Shown: positions 15,001 through 30,000 of the stretch, piece after piece | Layout of the letters: the number at the start of each line of letters is the position of its first letter | Position numbering within the stretch: position 1 is the stretch's first letter | From: the human T2T-CHM13v2.0 reference genome, Homo sapiens | Length of the DNA: 64,000 nt | Assembly (NCBI RefSeq): GCF_009914755.1 | Contig: NC_060936.1 | Strand: one strand, 5' to 3' | Notes under the pieces: generated by a model | Databases searched by the model: none | What the model saw: only the letters and a program-made list of their open reading frames with translations | Told to the model about the DNA's origin: nothing | Program-made: the position numbers and the translations under genes

Positions 15001-18000
15001 ATGAATGCATACATCACAAAGGAGTTTCTCAGAAAGCTACTTTCTAGTTTCTATCGGAAAATATTTTCTTTTTCACCATAGGCCTCAAAGCGCTCCCAAA
15101 TACGCCTTTGGAAATTCTAGAAAAAGAGTGAATTCCAAACTGCTGAATCAAAAGAAAGTTTTAACTGTGTGAGATGAATACACACACTAAAAAGCACTTT
15201 CTCAGAAAGCTTCTATCTAATTTTATCTTACGATTTTCTCTTTTTCACCATAGGCCTCAATGCTCTCTGAAATGTCTCTTCACAGATTCTAAAAAAACAG
15301 TGTTTCCAAATCTCTGAATCAAAGGAAAACTTAACTCTTTGAGATGAATGCACACATCAAAAAGCACTTTTTCAGAAAGTTTGTGTCTATTTTTTATCTG
15401 AAGGTATTTTCCTTTTGAACACAGGCCTCAATGCACTCCCAAATATCCCTTTGCAGATTCTACGAAATCAGTGTTTCCAAACTTCTGAATGAAAAGAACC
15501 ATTTAACTCTGCAAGATGAATGCACACATCACAAAGTGGTTTCTCAGATAGCTTCCTTCTAGTTTTTATCCTGGGGTACTTGCTTTTAAACCATTGTCCT
15601 CAATAATCTCCCAAATATCCATTCACAGAATGGACAAAAACAGGGTTTCCAAACTGCTGAATCAAAAGAAAGAATTAACTCTGTGAGATCTGTGAAATGA
15701 ATGCACACATCAAAAAGCCGTTTCTCAGAGGGCTTCCTTCTAGTTTTTATCCTGGGATATTCACTTTTTTGCCATTGGAATCAAGGAGCTCAGAGTTCGC
15801 AAATATCCATTTGCTAAATGGACAAAAAGAGTGTTTCCAAATTGCTGAATCAAAAGAAATTTTTAACTCTCTGAGGTGAATTCACACTTAACAAAGCAGT
15901 TTCTCAGAAAGCTTCTTTATATTTTTTATCTGAAGATGTTTCCTTTTTCACCATAGGCCTCAATCTGCTCCAAAATGTCCCTTCTCAGATTCCACAAAAA
16001 CAGTGTTTCCAAATTGCTGAGTGAAAAGAAAGGTTTAACTCTGTGAGATGAATGAATGTGAGATGAACATATCACAAAGCAGGTTCTTAGATGGATTCCT
16101 GCCAGTTTTTATCATGGGATATTCACTTTTTTGCCATTGGCCTCATTGAGTTCCCAAATGTCCATTCGCAGAATGGACAAAAAAGGTGTTTCCAAACTGC
16201 TGAATTAAAAGAAGGATTTAACTCTGTGGTATGAATGCACACATCACAAAGCAATTTCTCAGAAATTTTCTTTCTAGTTTTATCTAAACATATTAACTTT
16301 TTCCCCATAGACCTGAAGGTGCTCCCAAATATCCCTTTGAAGTTTCTACAAAAACAGTGTCTCCAAAATTCTGAATCAAAAGAAAGGTTTAAATCTGGAG
16401 ATGAATGCACACATCAGAAGGCAGTTTCTCATAATGTTTCCTTGTCGTTTATATCTGAAGATTTGTTCTTTTTCAACATATGGCTCAATGCACTCCCAAA
16501 TATCCCTTCACAGATTATACAAAAGCAGTGTTTCCAAACTGCTTAATGAAAACATCCAAAGGGGTTTCTCAGATAGCTTCCTTCAAGTTTTTATCCGTGG
16601 ATATTTGCTTTTTCATGAATGGCCTTGATGAGCTAAAAACGTCCACTCATGGAATGGACAAAAACCATGTTTACAAACTGCTGCATCAAGAGAAAATTTT
16701 AACTTTGTGAGATGAATACACACATCAGAAAGCAGGTGCTCAGAAAGATGCTTTTTAGTTTCTATCTTAAGATATTTTATTTTTCACCATATTACTAAAA
16801 GCACTCTCAAAGTCCCTTTGCAGATTCTAAAAAACAGTGTTTCCAAACCTCTGATACAAAATGAATGTTTAACACTGTGAGATGAATACACACATCACAA
16901 AGCAGTTTCTCTGAAAGCTTCGTTCCTGTTTTAATCTGAAGATATTTTCTTTTTCACCATAGGCCTCAAAGAGCTCCAAATATCCATTCACAGATCCTAC
17001 AAAAACTGTGTTTCCAAGTTGTGGAATGAAAAGAACTTTTTAACTCTATTAGATGAATGCACACATCACAAAGCAGTTTCTGAGATCACTTCTTTCAGTT
17101 TTCATCCTGGGATATTAGCTTTTTCACCACTGGCCTCAATGAGATCACAAATGTCCATTCTCAGAATGAACCAAAACAGAGTTTTCAAACTGCTGAATTG
17201 GTTAAAATCTGTGAGACAAATGCATACCTCACAGAGCAGTTTCTCTGAGAGTTTCTTTCTACTTTTTATCTGAAGATATTTTCTTTTTTGCCATAGGCCT
17301 CAATGTGCTCCCAAATATCCCTTTGCAGATTCTACAAAAACAGCATTTCTAAACTGCTGAATGAAAAGAAACCTTTAACTCTGTGAAATAAATGCACACA
17401 TCACAAAGTGGTTTCTCAGATAGCTTCCTTCAAGTTTTTATATTGGGATATTTCCTTTTTCACCATTGGCCTCAACGAGCTCCCAAGTGTGCACTCACAG
17501 AATGGACAAAAACCGCGTTTCCAATCTGCTGAATCAAAAGAAAGGTTTACCTCTGTGAGATGAATGCACACATCACAAAGCAGTTTCTCAGAAAGCTTCC
17601 ATCTAGTTTTTAACTGAAAAATACTTCCTTCTTAATTATAGGCCTCAATTCACTCCCAAATATTCCTTTGAAGTTTCTACAAAACAGTGTTTCTGAACCT
17701 TTGAATGAAACGAAAATTTTATCTCTGTGAGATGAATGCCCACATCACAAAGCAGTTTCTTAGAAAGTTTCTTTCCAGTTTTTATCTGAAGATATTTCCT
17801 TTTTCCCCATAGGCCTCAATGCGCTCCCAAATATCCCTTCTCAGTTTCTACAAAAACAGTGTCTCCAAGCTGCTGAGTTCCAAAAATGGTTTAACTCTGT
17901 GAGATGAATGCATACGTCACAAAGCTCTTTCACAGAAAGTTTCTTTCGATTTTTTATCTGAAGAAGTTTCCTTTTTCACCATACGCCACAATGTTCTCCC

Positions 18001-21000
18001 AAATATTCCTTTGCAGATTATACAAAAACAGTGTTTCCAAACTGCTGAATGAAAAAAAAGGTTTAACTCTGTGAGATTAATGTACACATCACAAAAGGGT
18101 TTCTCAGTTAGCTTTCTTCTAGTTTTAAGCAGGGGATAAGCTTTCTGTCACCATTGCCCTCAATGAGCTCCAAATGTTCACTTGCAAAATGCACAAAAAC
18201 AGGGTTTCCAAACTACTGGATCCAAAGAAATGTTTAACACTGTGAGGTGAATGCACAACATCACATAGAATTTTCTCAGAAAGTTTTTTCTTCTTTTTAT
18301 CTGAAGATATTTCCTTTTTCACCATAGGCCTCAACGCGCTCAGAGACATCCCATCGCAGATTTTACAAAAATAGTGTTTCTGAACTGTTGAATGAAAACA
18401 AATGTTTACCTCTGTGAGATGAATGCACACACCAAAAAGTAGTTTCTCAGAAGACTTCCTTCTGTTTTTTCTCCTGGGTTATTAGCTTTTTTGACATTGG
18501 CCTCAGTGAGCTTCCAAAAGTCCATTCACAGAATGGGCAAAAGCAGTGTTTCCAAACTGCCGGTTCGAGAGAAATATTTAACTGAGAGCTGAATGCACAC
18601 ATCACAAAGCAGTTTCTCAGAAAGCTTCGGTCTAGTTTTTATGTGTAGATGTTTCCTATTTCACTGTAGACCTCAATGAGCTGCAAAATGTCCATTCACA
18701 GAATGCACAAAAACTGTTTCCAAACTGCTGCATAAAAAGAAAGGTTTAACTCTGTGAGATGAATGCACACATCACAAAGTGGTTTATCACATAGATTCCT
18801 TCTAGTTTTTGTCCTGGGATATTAGCTTTATCACCATTGGCCTCAATGAGCTCCAAAATATCTATTCACAGAATGCACAAAAACAGTGTTTCCAAACTGC
18901 TCAATCAAAAGAAAGGTTTAACTCTGTGAGATGAATGCACACATCACAGAGCAGTTTCTCAGAGAGCTTCCTTCTGGTTTTTTATCATAGTATATTAGCT
19001 TTTTCACCATTGGCCTCAATGAGCTCCCAAATGACCATTCTCAGAATGGACAAAAGCACTGTTTCCAAACTGCTGAATCCAAAGAAAGTTTTATCTCTGT
19101 GAGTTAAACTTTACAAAGCAGTTTCTCAGAAAGCTTTTTTCTTGTTTTATCTGAAGATGTTTCCTTTTACCATAGGCTTCAATGCACTCACAAAGATCCC
19201 TTCCCACATTCTAAAAAAAAACCAGTGTTTCCGAACTGCTAAATGAAAAGAGAAGTTTATCTCCATGAGATTAATGCACACATCACATAGCAATTTCTCA
19301 GATAGCTTTCTTCTAGTTTGTATCATATGATATTTCCTTTTTCACCTTTGGCCTCAATGAGCTTGAAAATGTCGATTCCTAGAATGCACAAAGTACGCGT
19401 TTCCAAATTGCTGAATCCAAAAAATGGTTTAAATCTGAAAGATGAATGCACACATCACAAAACGGTTTTCCAAATAGTTTCTATCTAGTTTTTATCAGAA
19501 GATGTTTCCTTTTTCACCTTGCACCTTAATGCACTCTTTAATATCCCTTCACAGATCCTACAAAAACAGTGTTTCCAAACTGCTGAATGAAAAGAAAGTT
19601 TTAACTCTGTGAGATGAAAGCAGACATCACAAAGTGGTTTCTCACGGAGCTTCCTTCTAGTTTTTATCCTGGGATATTCGATTTTTTTGCAGTTGGCCTC
19701 AATGAGCTCCCAAATGTCCATTCACAGAATAGACAAAAACATATTTTCCAATCTGCTGAATCCAAAGACAGATTTAACTCTGTGAGATGAATGCACATAT
19801 CACAAAGCAGATTCTCAGAAAGCTTCTTTCTAGTTTTAAGCTGAACGTGTTTTCTTTCTCACCATAGGCCTCAATGCCCTCCCAAATATCCCTTCACTGA
19901 TTCCATAGAAACAGTGTCTCCAACGTGCTGAAAGAAAAGAGAATTTTATCTCTGCGAGATGAATGCACACATCACAAAGCAGTTTTTCAGATAGCTTCCT
20001 TCTAGTTTTTATCCTCGGATAAAACTTTTTGCCTTTGGCCTGTATGAGCTCCCAAATATCCATTGTGCGAATGGACAAAAAGAGTGTTTCTGAACTGCTG
20101 AATCAAAATAAATGTTGAACTCTGTGAGATGAATGCACACAACACAAAGTGGTTTCTCAGATAGCTTCCTTCCAGTTTTTATACTGAGATATTTGATTTT
20201 TTGCCATTGGCCTCAATGAGCTCCCAAGTGTCCATTCACAGAATGGACAAAAACAGTGTTTCCAAACTGCTGAAAAAAAAGAAATGTTTATCTCTTTGAG
20301 ATGAATGGAGACATCACAAAGCAGTTTCTCAGAAAGCTTCTTTCTATTTTAAATCCGAAGTTGTTACCTTTTTCACCATAGGCCTCAGTTCACTCCCAAA
20401 TATCACTTCGCAGATTCTATAAAACAGTGGTTCTAAACTGCAGAATGAAAAGAAATGTTTAACTCTGCGAAATGAATGCACACATCACAAAATGGTTCCT
20501 CAGATACCGTCCTACTTGTTTTATCCTGGGATATTCGCTTTTTCACAATTGGCCTCAATAAGCTCCCAAATATCCATTCACAGAATGGAAAAAAAACAGT
20601 GTTTCCCAACGACTGAATCCTAAGAAAGGTTTAACTCTGTGAGATGAATGCACACATCACAAAAAGAATTTCTCAGAAAGCTTCTTTCTAGTTTCTATCT
20701 GAAGACATTTTCTGAAGATATTTAGGAGGGCTTCAATGCCCTCCTAAATATCACTTCACAGTTTCTACAAAAACAGTGATTCCAAACTGCTCAATCAAAA
20801 GAATGGCTTAACTCTGTGAGATGAATGCACACATCAGAAAGCAGTTTCTAAGAAAGCTTCTTTCTAGGTTTTTTTCTGAAACTGTTTCTTTTTTCACCAT
20901 AGGCCTCAGGGCACTATGAAATATCCCTTTGCAGATTCTACAAAAACAGTGTTTCCAAACTGCTGCATGAAAAGAAAGGTTTAACTCTCAGAGATGAATG

Positions 21001-24000
21001 CAAACATCACAAATCAGTTTCTCAGCTAGCTTCCTTCTACTTTTTATCATGGGATATTCACTTTTTTGCCATTGGCCTCAATTAGCTCCCAAATGTCGTG
21101 TCTCAGAATGGACAAAAATAGTGTTTCCAAAGTTATGAATCAAAAGAAAGGTTTACCTCTGTGAGTTGAATGCAGACATCACAAAGCAGCTTCTCAGAAA
21201 GCTTCTTTCTAGTTTTAGTCTGAAGAAGATTCATTTTTCACCATAGGCCACAATGCGCTCCAAAATATCCCTTTGCAGATTCTACAAAAACATTGATTCA
21301 AAACTTCTGAATTAAAAAAGATTTAACTGTGTGAGATGAATGCACACATCACAAAGCAGTTTCTCAGATAGCTTTCTTCTAGTTTTTCTCCTGGGATATT
21401 CTCTTTTTTGCCACTGGCCTCCAGGAGTTCCCAAATGTCCGTTTGCAGAATGGACAAAAACAGTGCTTCTAAACTGCTGAATCAAAAGAAAAGTTTAACT
21501 CTCTGAGATGAATGCACACATCACAAAGCAGTTCCTCTGAAAATTTCTTTATAGTTTTTTGTGAAGATAGTTTCTTTTTCACCATAGGCCTCAATGCACT
21601 CCCAAATATCCCTTCACATATTTTACAAAAACAGTGTTTCCAAACCTCTGAATGTAAAAAAAATTTAACTCTATGAGGGGAATGCAGCTATCACAAAGTG
21701 GTTTCTCGGATTCATTCCTTTCAGTTTTTATCTTGGGATACCCTCTTTTTTGCCATTGGCCTCAATGAGTTCCCTATATCCATTTGCAGAATGTACAAAA
21801 GCAGTGTTTCCAAACTGCTAACTCCAAAGACAGTTTTAACTCTGTTAGTTGAATGCACGCATCACAAATGTGTTTCACAGAAAGCTTCTTTCTAACTTTT
21901 ATCTGAAGATGTTATCTTTTTCACCATAGGCCTCTCTTCGCTCCCAAATTTCCCTTCACAGATTCTACAAACACAGGATTTCTAAACTGTTGAATGAAAA
22001 GAAAGGTTTAACTCTGCCAAATGAGTGAACGCATCACAAAGCAGTATCTCAAAGAGCTTCCTTCTGTTTTTTTCCCCATTATATTCCCTTTTTCACCATT
22101 GACTTCTATGAGTTCCCAAATGTCAGTTTTCAGAATGGACAAAAACAGTGTTTCCCAACTGCTAAATTGAAGGAAAGGTTAAACCCTGTGAAATGAATGC
22201 ACACATGACAAAGCAGTTTCTCAGAAAGCTTCTTTCTGGTTTCTATCTGTAGATTTTTCCTTTTTCACCAAAGGCTTCAATGTGCTCCAAAATATCCCTT
22301 CACAGTTTTTACAAAAATAGTGCTTATATAATGCTGAAGAAAAAGGAAGGCTTAAGTCTGTGAGAAGAAAGCACACATCACAAAGCAGTTTCTCAGATGG
22401 CTTCTTTCTAATTTTTATCTGAAGATGTTTCCCTTTTCACCATAGGGGTCACTGCTCTCCCAAATATTTCTTCGCATATTCTACAAAAACAGGTTTTGCA
22501 AACTGCTGAATGAAAAGAAAGGTTTAACTCTGTGAGATGAACACACACATCAAAATGTGGTTTCTCAGAGATGATCATTCTAGATTTTAAACTAGTATAC
22601 TAGCTTTTTTGCCATTGGTCTCAGTGAGCACCCAAATGTCAAATGGCAGAATGGACAAAAAGAGTGTTTACAAACTGCTGAATCCAAAGGAAGTTTAAAC
22701 TCTGTGAGATGAATGCACACATCACAAAGCAGTTTCTCAGAATGCTTCTTGTTTTTATCTGCAGATGTTTCCCTTTTCAACATGAGCCTTAATGTGCTCC
22801 CAATATCCATTCACAGATTCTACAAATATAGAGTTTCCAAACTGCTGAAGGAAAATAAAGGTTTAACTCTGCAAGAAGAATGCACACATCACAAAGCGGT
22901 TTCTGAGCTAGCTTCCTTCTACTTTTTATCCTGGGATATTCCCTTTTTCCCTGTCCGCCTCAATGAGCTCCCAAATGTCCATTCACAGAATGGACAAAAA
23001 CAGCGTTTTCAAACTGCTGAATGAACATAAAGTTTTAAATATGGGAGATGAATTCACACATCACAAAGTAGTTTCTCAGAAAACGTCTTTCTAGTTTTTA
23101 TCTGAAGATGTTTCCTTTTTCACCATAAGCCTCAATATGTGCCCAATTATCCCTTTGCAGATTCTGCAAAAACAGTGGTTAACAACTGTTGAATGAAAAC
23201 AAAGATCTAATTCTGTGAGATCAAAGCACATATCACAAAGCAGTTTCGGAGATAGCTTCCTCTAGATTTTATCCTGGGATATACCCTTTTTCACATTTGG
23301 CCTCAATGAACTCCTAAATGAACATTCTCTTAATGGACAAATCAGTGTTTCCAAACTGCTGAAATCAAAGAGAATTTTAACTCTTTGAGATGAATACACA
23401 CATCAGAATGCAGTTTCTCTGAAAGCATCTTTTTAGTTTTTATCTGAAGATGTTTCCTTTTTCACAACAGTCTACAATGCGCTCCTAAATGACCCTTCAC
23501 AGATTCTACAAAAACAACGTTTCCAAACTGCTGAAGGAAAAGAAAATTTTAACTCTGCAAAATGAATGCACACATCACAAAGCACTGTCTCAGGTAACTT
23601 CCTTCTAGTTTTTATCCTGGGATATTCACTTTTTCACCACTGTTCTTAGGAGCACCCAAGTGTCCATTCACAGAATGGACAAAAAGAGTGTTTCCAAATT
23701 GCTGAATTAAAAGAAAGGTTTAACTCAGCGAGATGAGTGCACACATCACAAAGCGGTTTCTTAGATAGCTTTCTTCTAGTTTTTATCATGGGATATTCCG
23801 TTTTTTGCCATTGGCCTCAATGAACTTGCAAATGTCCATTTGCAGAATGGACAAAAACAGTGATTCCAAACTGCTGAATCCAATGAAAGGTTTAACTCTG
23901 TGAGATGAATGCATACATCCCAAAGCAGTCTCTCAAAAAGGTTCTTTCTAGTTTTTATCTAATTTGTTTCATTTTTCACCATAGGCCTCAATGCACTCCC

Positions 24001-27000
24001 AAAAATGTCCATTGAAAGAAAGGACAAAACCAGTGTTTCCAATCTGGTGAATAAAAAGAAGAGTTTAGATCTGTAAGATGAATGCACACTTCACAAAGCA
24101 GTTTCTCAGAAAGCTTCTTTCCAGTTGCTATCTGAAAATGTTTCCTTTTTCACCATAGTCCTCCATGTGCTCCCAAATATCCCTTTGCTGATCCTAGAAA
24201 AACAGTGTTCCAAACTGCTAAATGAAAAGAAAGATTTAACTCTGTGAGAGGAATTCACACATCACAAAGCAGTTTTCCATTTAGCTTGCTTCTAATTTTT
24301 ATCCTGCAATATTCACTTTTTTGCCATTGGCCTCAATGACCTCCAAAATGTCCATTCGCAGAAAGGACAAAAAAATTGTTTCCAAACTGATGAATCCAAA
24401 AAAGTTTTAACTCCTGTGAGATGAATGCATACATCACAAAACAGTTTCTCAGAAAGCTTCTTTCTAATTTTTATCTGAAGATGTTTCCTTTTTAACAAAA
24501 GGCCTCAAATCACTCCCAAATATAGATTTGCAGGTTCTACAAAAATAGTGTTTCCAAACTGCTGAATGAAAAGAAAGTTTAACTCTGTGAGATGAATACA
24601 AACATTACAAAGCTTTTTCATAGGTAGCTTCCTTCTAGTTTTTATCATGGAATATTCAGTTTTTCACCTTTGGCCTCAATTAGCTACAAAATGTCCATTC
24701 GCAGAGTGGACGAAAACAGTGTTTCCAAACTGCTGAGCAAAAAGAAAGGTTTAACTCTTTGAGATAAATGCACTCATCACAAACCAGTTTCTCAGAAAGC
24801 TTCTTTCTAGTTTTTATATGAAGATGTTTCCTTTTTCTCCATAGGCCTCAATGTGATCCTAAATATCCCTTCACAGATTCTACCAAAACAGTATTTCCAA
24901 ACTGCTGAATGGAAAGAAAGTTTAACTCTGCGAGATGAATACACATATCACAAAGGTGTTTCTCAGGTAGCTTCATTCTAGTTTTTATCATGGGATATTC
25001 ACTTTTTTGCCTTTGGCCTCAATGATCTCCCAAATGTCCATTCTCAGTGTGGACAAAAACAGTGTTACTGCTGAATCCAAAGAAAAGTTTAACCCTGTGA
25101 TATGAATGCACTCATCACACAGCAGTTTCTCTTCTCAGAAGGCTTCCTTCTAGTTTTTATTTCATCTCAAGACATTTCTTTTTCACCATAGGCCTCAATG
25201 CATGCTCAAATATCCCTTTGCAGATTCTAAAAAAACGGTGTTTCCAAACTGCTGAATGAAAAGGAAGGTTTAACTCTGTGAAATGAAAGCAAGCATTACA
25301 AACGCTTTCTCAGATAGCTTCCTTCTAGTTTTTATCCTGGGATATTCTCTTTCTGCCATTGGCTTCAATGAGCTCCCAAATGTCCATTCACAGAATGGAC
25401 AAAAACAGTGTTTCCAAGCTACTGAAGCCAAAGAAAGTTTTAACTCAGTGAGATGAATGCACACATCACACAAAAGTTTCTCAGGAAGCTTCTTTCTAGT
25501 TTTTTTCAGAAGATTTTCCCTTTTTCACCATAGACCTCAATGGATTCCAAAATATCCCTTCAAAGATTCTTCAAAAACAGTGTTGCCAGACAGCTGAATG
25601 AAAAGAAAGTTTTAACTCTGCAAGATGAATGCACACATCATGGTCGTTTCTCAGATAGTTTGATTTTAGTTTTTATCCCTGGATATTCACTTTTTCAAAA
25701 TTGGCCTCAATTAGATCAAAAATGTACATTCACAAAATTAAAAAAAAAAAAACGTGGTTTCCAAACAGCTGAATTCAAATAAGTTTTAAGTCTGTGAGAT
25801 GAGTGCACACATCACAAAGCAGTTTCTCAGAAATCTTCCTTCTTGTTTTTATCTGAAGATATTTCCTTTTTCACAATAGGCATCAATGCGCTCCAAAAAA
25901 TCCCTTTGCAGATCCTATGTAAACAGTGTTTCCAAACTGCTGAATGAAAAGAAAGGTTTAACTCTGTGAGATGAATGCACACATCATATAGCGGTTTCTC
26001 AGATAGTTTGCTTCTTGTATTTATCCCTGGATATTCACTTTTTCACCATTGGCCTCAATGAGCTCCAAAATTCCTTACACAAAATTAAAAAAAAAAAAAG
26101 TGTTTCCACCTTGCTGAATGAAAGGAAAGGTTTAACTCTGCAAGATGAATGCACACATCTCAAAGCGGTTTCTCAGATAGCTTCCTTCTCATTTTATCCT
26201 GGGATATTCCCTTTTTGGCAACTGGATTCAAAAAGCTCCCTATTGTCCATTCACAGAATGGACAAAAAGAGTGTTTCCAAACTGGTGAATCCAAAGAAAG
26301 GCTTAACTCTGTGAGATGATTAGACATATCACAAATGAGTTTCTCAGAAAGCTTCTTTCTAGTTTTTATCTGAAGGTGTTTCCTTTTTCAACATAGGGGT
26401 CAATGTGTGTCAAAATATCCCTAAGCAGATTCTACATAAACAGGGTTTCCAAATTGCTGAATGAAAAGAAAGATTTAACTCTGTGAGATGAATGCACACA
26501 TCAAAATGTGGTTTCTCAGAGAATTTCCCTCTAGGTTTTTTCCTGTTGTACTCTGTTTTTTGTCATTGGCCTCAATGAGCACCCAAATGTCAATTGGTAA
26601 AGTGGACAAAAAGAGTGTTTCCAAACTGCTGAATCCAAAGAAAGGCTTAACACTGTGAGATGAATGCATTCACCACAAGGTAGTTTCTCAGAATGCTTCT
26701 TTCTTTTTTTATCTGAAGTAGTTTCCTTTTTCACCATTGGCCTCAATGCACTCCCAAATATCCCTTCACAGATTCTACAAAAACAGTGTTTCACAACTGC
26801 TGAAATAAAAGCAAGTTTTAACTCTTCAAGATGAATTCACTCATCGCAAAGCAGTTCCTCAGATAGCTTCCTTCTAGTTTTTATCCTGGGATACTTGCTT
26901 TTTCCCCATTGGCCTCAATGAGCTCCCAAATGTCCATTCCCAGAATGGACAAAAACTGTATTTTCAAACGGTTGAACAAAAAGAAAGTTTTAACTCTGTG

Positions 27001-30000
27001 AGGTGAATGTACATATCACAAAACAGTTTCTCAGAACTCTTCTTTCTAGTTTTTATCTGAAGATGTTTCCTTTTTCACCGTAGACCTCAATGTGCTCCCA
27101 AATATCCTTTTGCAGATTCTACAAAAACAGTGTTTCCAAACTGCTAAATGAAAAGAAAGTTTTAACTCTATGTGATGAATGAACCCATCACAAAGTGGTT
27201 TCTCAGATAGCTCCCTTCTAGTTTTTATCCTGGGATACTCACTTTTTCACCATAGGCCTCAAAGGGCTCCCAAATGTCCATTCCCAGAATGGACAAAAAC
27301 AGTGTTTCAAAACTGCTGAACCCAAAGAAAAGTTTAACTCTGTGACATGAATGCACACATCATAAAGCAGTTTCCCAGAAAGCTGCTTTCTTGTTTTTAT
27401 CTGAAGATGTTTCCTTTTTCACCATAGGCCTCAATGTGTGTTCAAATATCCCTTTGCAGATTCTACAAAAATAGTGTTTGCAAACTGCTGAACAAAAAGT
27501 ATGTTTTAACTCTGTAAGATGAATGCACATATTACAAATGATTTCGCAGATAGATTCCTTCTAGTTTTAATCCTGGGATATTCGCTTTCCACCATTGGCC
27601 TCAATGAGCTCCCAAATGGGTGTTTCCTAACTGCTGAATCCAAAGAAATGTTTACCTCCATGAGATGAATGAAGACATCACAAAGCAGTTTCTCAGAAAG
27701 CTTCTTTCTAGTTCTTATCTGAAGATTTTTCCTTTTTCACCATAGGACTCAATGCTCTCCAAAATATCCCTTCAAAGATTCTACAGAAACAGTGTTTCCA
27801 GACAGTTGAATGAAAAGAAAGGTTTAACTCTGTCAGATGAATGCACACATCACAGTGGTTTCTCAGGTAGTTTGCTTCTAGTTTTTATCTCTGGATATTC
27901 GCTTTTTCACCATTGGCCTCAATGAGCTCCAAAATGTCCATTCTCAGAATGTAAAAAAACAGTGTTTCCAAACAGCTGAATTCAAAAAAATGTTTTAAGG
28001 CTGTGAGATGAATGCACACATCACAAAGCAGTTTCTCAGAAAGCTTTGTTATAGTTTTTATCTGAAGATGTTTCCTTTTTCACCATAGGACTCAATGTGT
28101 TCCCAAATATACCTTTGCAGATTCTACAAAAAGAGTGTTTTCAAACTGCTGAATGAAAGGAAAGTTTTAACTTTGAGAGACGAATGCACACATCACAAAG
28201 AGGTTTATCAGATAGCTTCTTTCCAGTTTTTATCCTGGGACATTTGCTTTTAAACCATTGGCCTCAATGAGCTCCAAAATGCCCATTCTCAGAATTTAAA
28301 AAGTGTTTCCAAACAGCTAAATTCAACAAAAGGTTTACGTCTCTGAGATAAATGCACACATCACAAAGCAGTTTCTCAGAAAGCTTCATTCTAGTTTTTA
28401 TCTGAAGGTGTTTCCTTTTTCACCATAGGACTCCATGTGCTCCCAAATATACCTTAGCACATATTATGAAAACAGTGTTTCCAAACTGTTGAATTAAAAG
28501 AAAGGTTAAACTCTGAGAGATGAATGCACACAACACAAAGCAGTTTATCAGATCACTTCCTTCTAGTTTTTATCCTTAGATATTTGCTTTTTTGCCATTA
28601 GTCTCAATGAGCTCCCAAATGTCCAATCACAGGCTGGACAACAACAGTGTTTCCAAACAGCTGAACCCAAAGAAAGTTTTAACTTGTGAGATGATTGCAA
28701 ACATTGTAAAGCAGTTTCTCAAGAAGCTTCTTTCTAGTTTTTATCCGAAGATGTTTCCTTTTTCACCATAGGCCTCAATGTGTTCCCAAATATCGTGTGC
28801 AATTCCTACATACACAGTGTTAATGAACTGCTTTATGAAAAGAAAGGTTTAACTCTGTGAGATGACTGCCCACATCACAGAGTGGTTTCTCAGATAGCTT
28901 CCTTTTAGCTTTTATAAGGGGATATTCACTCTTTCACCACTGGCCTCAATGAGCTAGCAGATATCCATCGGCATAACTGACAAAAAGAGTGTTTCCAAAC
29001 TACTGAATGAAAAGAAAGTTTTAACACTGAAATGAATGCACATGTCACAAAGGAGTTTCTCAGAAAGCCTCTTTCTAGTTTTTATCTGGTGATGTTTCCT
29101 TTTTCAGTAAAAGACTTTATGTGCTCACAATATTCCTAGCAGATTCTACAAAACAGTGTTTCCAAACAGCTGATGGAAAAGAAAGGTTTACTTCTTCAAG
29201 ATGAGTGCACACATCACAAAGCGGTTTCTCAGATAGCTTCCTTCGAGTTTTTATCTTCAGATATTGCCTTTGGCCTCAATGAGCTCCCAAATGTCCATTC
29301 ACAGAATGAACAAAAACAGTGTTTCCAAACTGTTGAATACAAAGAAAGGCTTACATGTTTGAGATGAATGCACACATCACAAAGCCATTTCTCAGAAAGC
29401 TTCTTTCTAGTTTTTGTCTGAAGATGTTTCCTTTTTCACCATAGTCCTCAATGCATTTCCAATTATCTCTTTGCAGATTCTGCAAAAACAGTGGTTCCAA
29501 ACTGCAGAATAAAAACAAATATTTAACTCAGCAAGATCAAAACACATATCAAAAAGCGGTTTCTCAGATAGATTCCTCTAGATTTTATCCTGGGATATAC
29601 CCTTCTTTACCACTCACCGCAATGAACTCCCAAAAGTCCATTCTCAGAATGGACAAAAAGCAGTGTTTCAAATTGCTGAAATCAAACAAATTTTTAACTC
29701 TTTGTAATGAATGCACACTTCACAAAGCAGTTTCTCTGAAAGCATCTTTCTAGCTTTTATCTGAAGGTGTTCCCTTTTTCACAGTGGACCGCAATGCTCT
29801 CCTAAATGTCCCTTCACATATTCAACAAAAACAATGTTTCCAAACTGCTGAAGGAGAAGAAACTTTTCACTCTGCAAAATGAATGCACACATCAGGAAAT
29901 GGTTTCTCACATAACTTACTTCTAGTTTTTATCCTGGGATATTCACTTTTTCACCATTGTCCTCAAGGAGCACCAAATTGTCCCTTCACACAATGGACAA

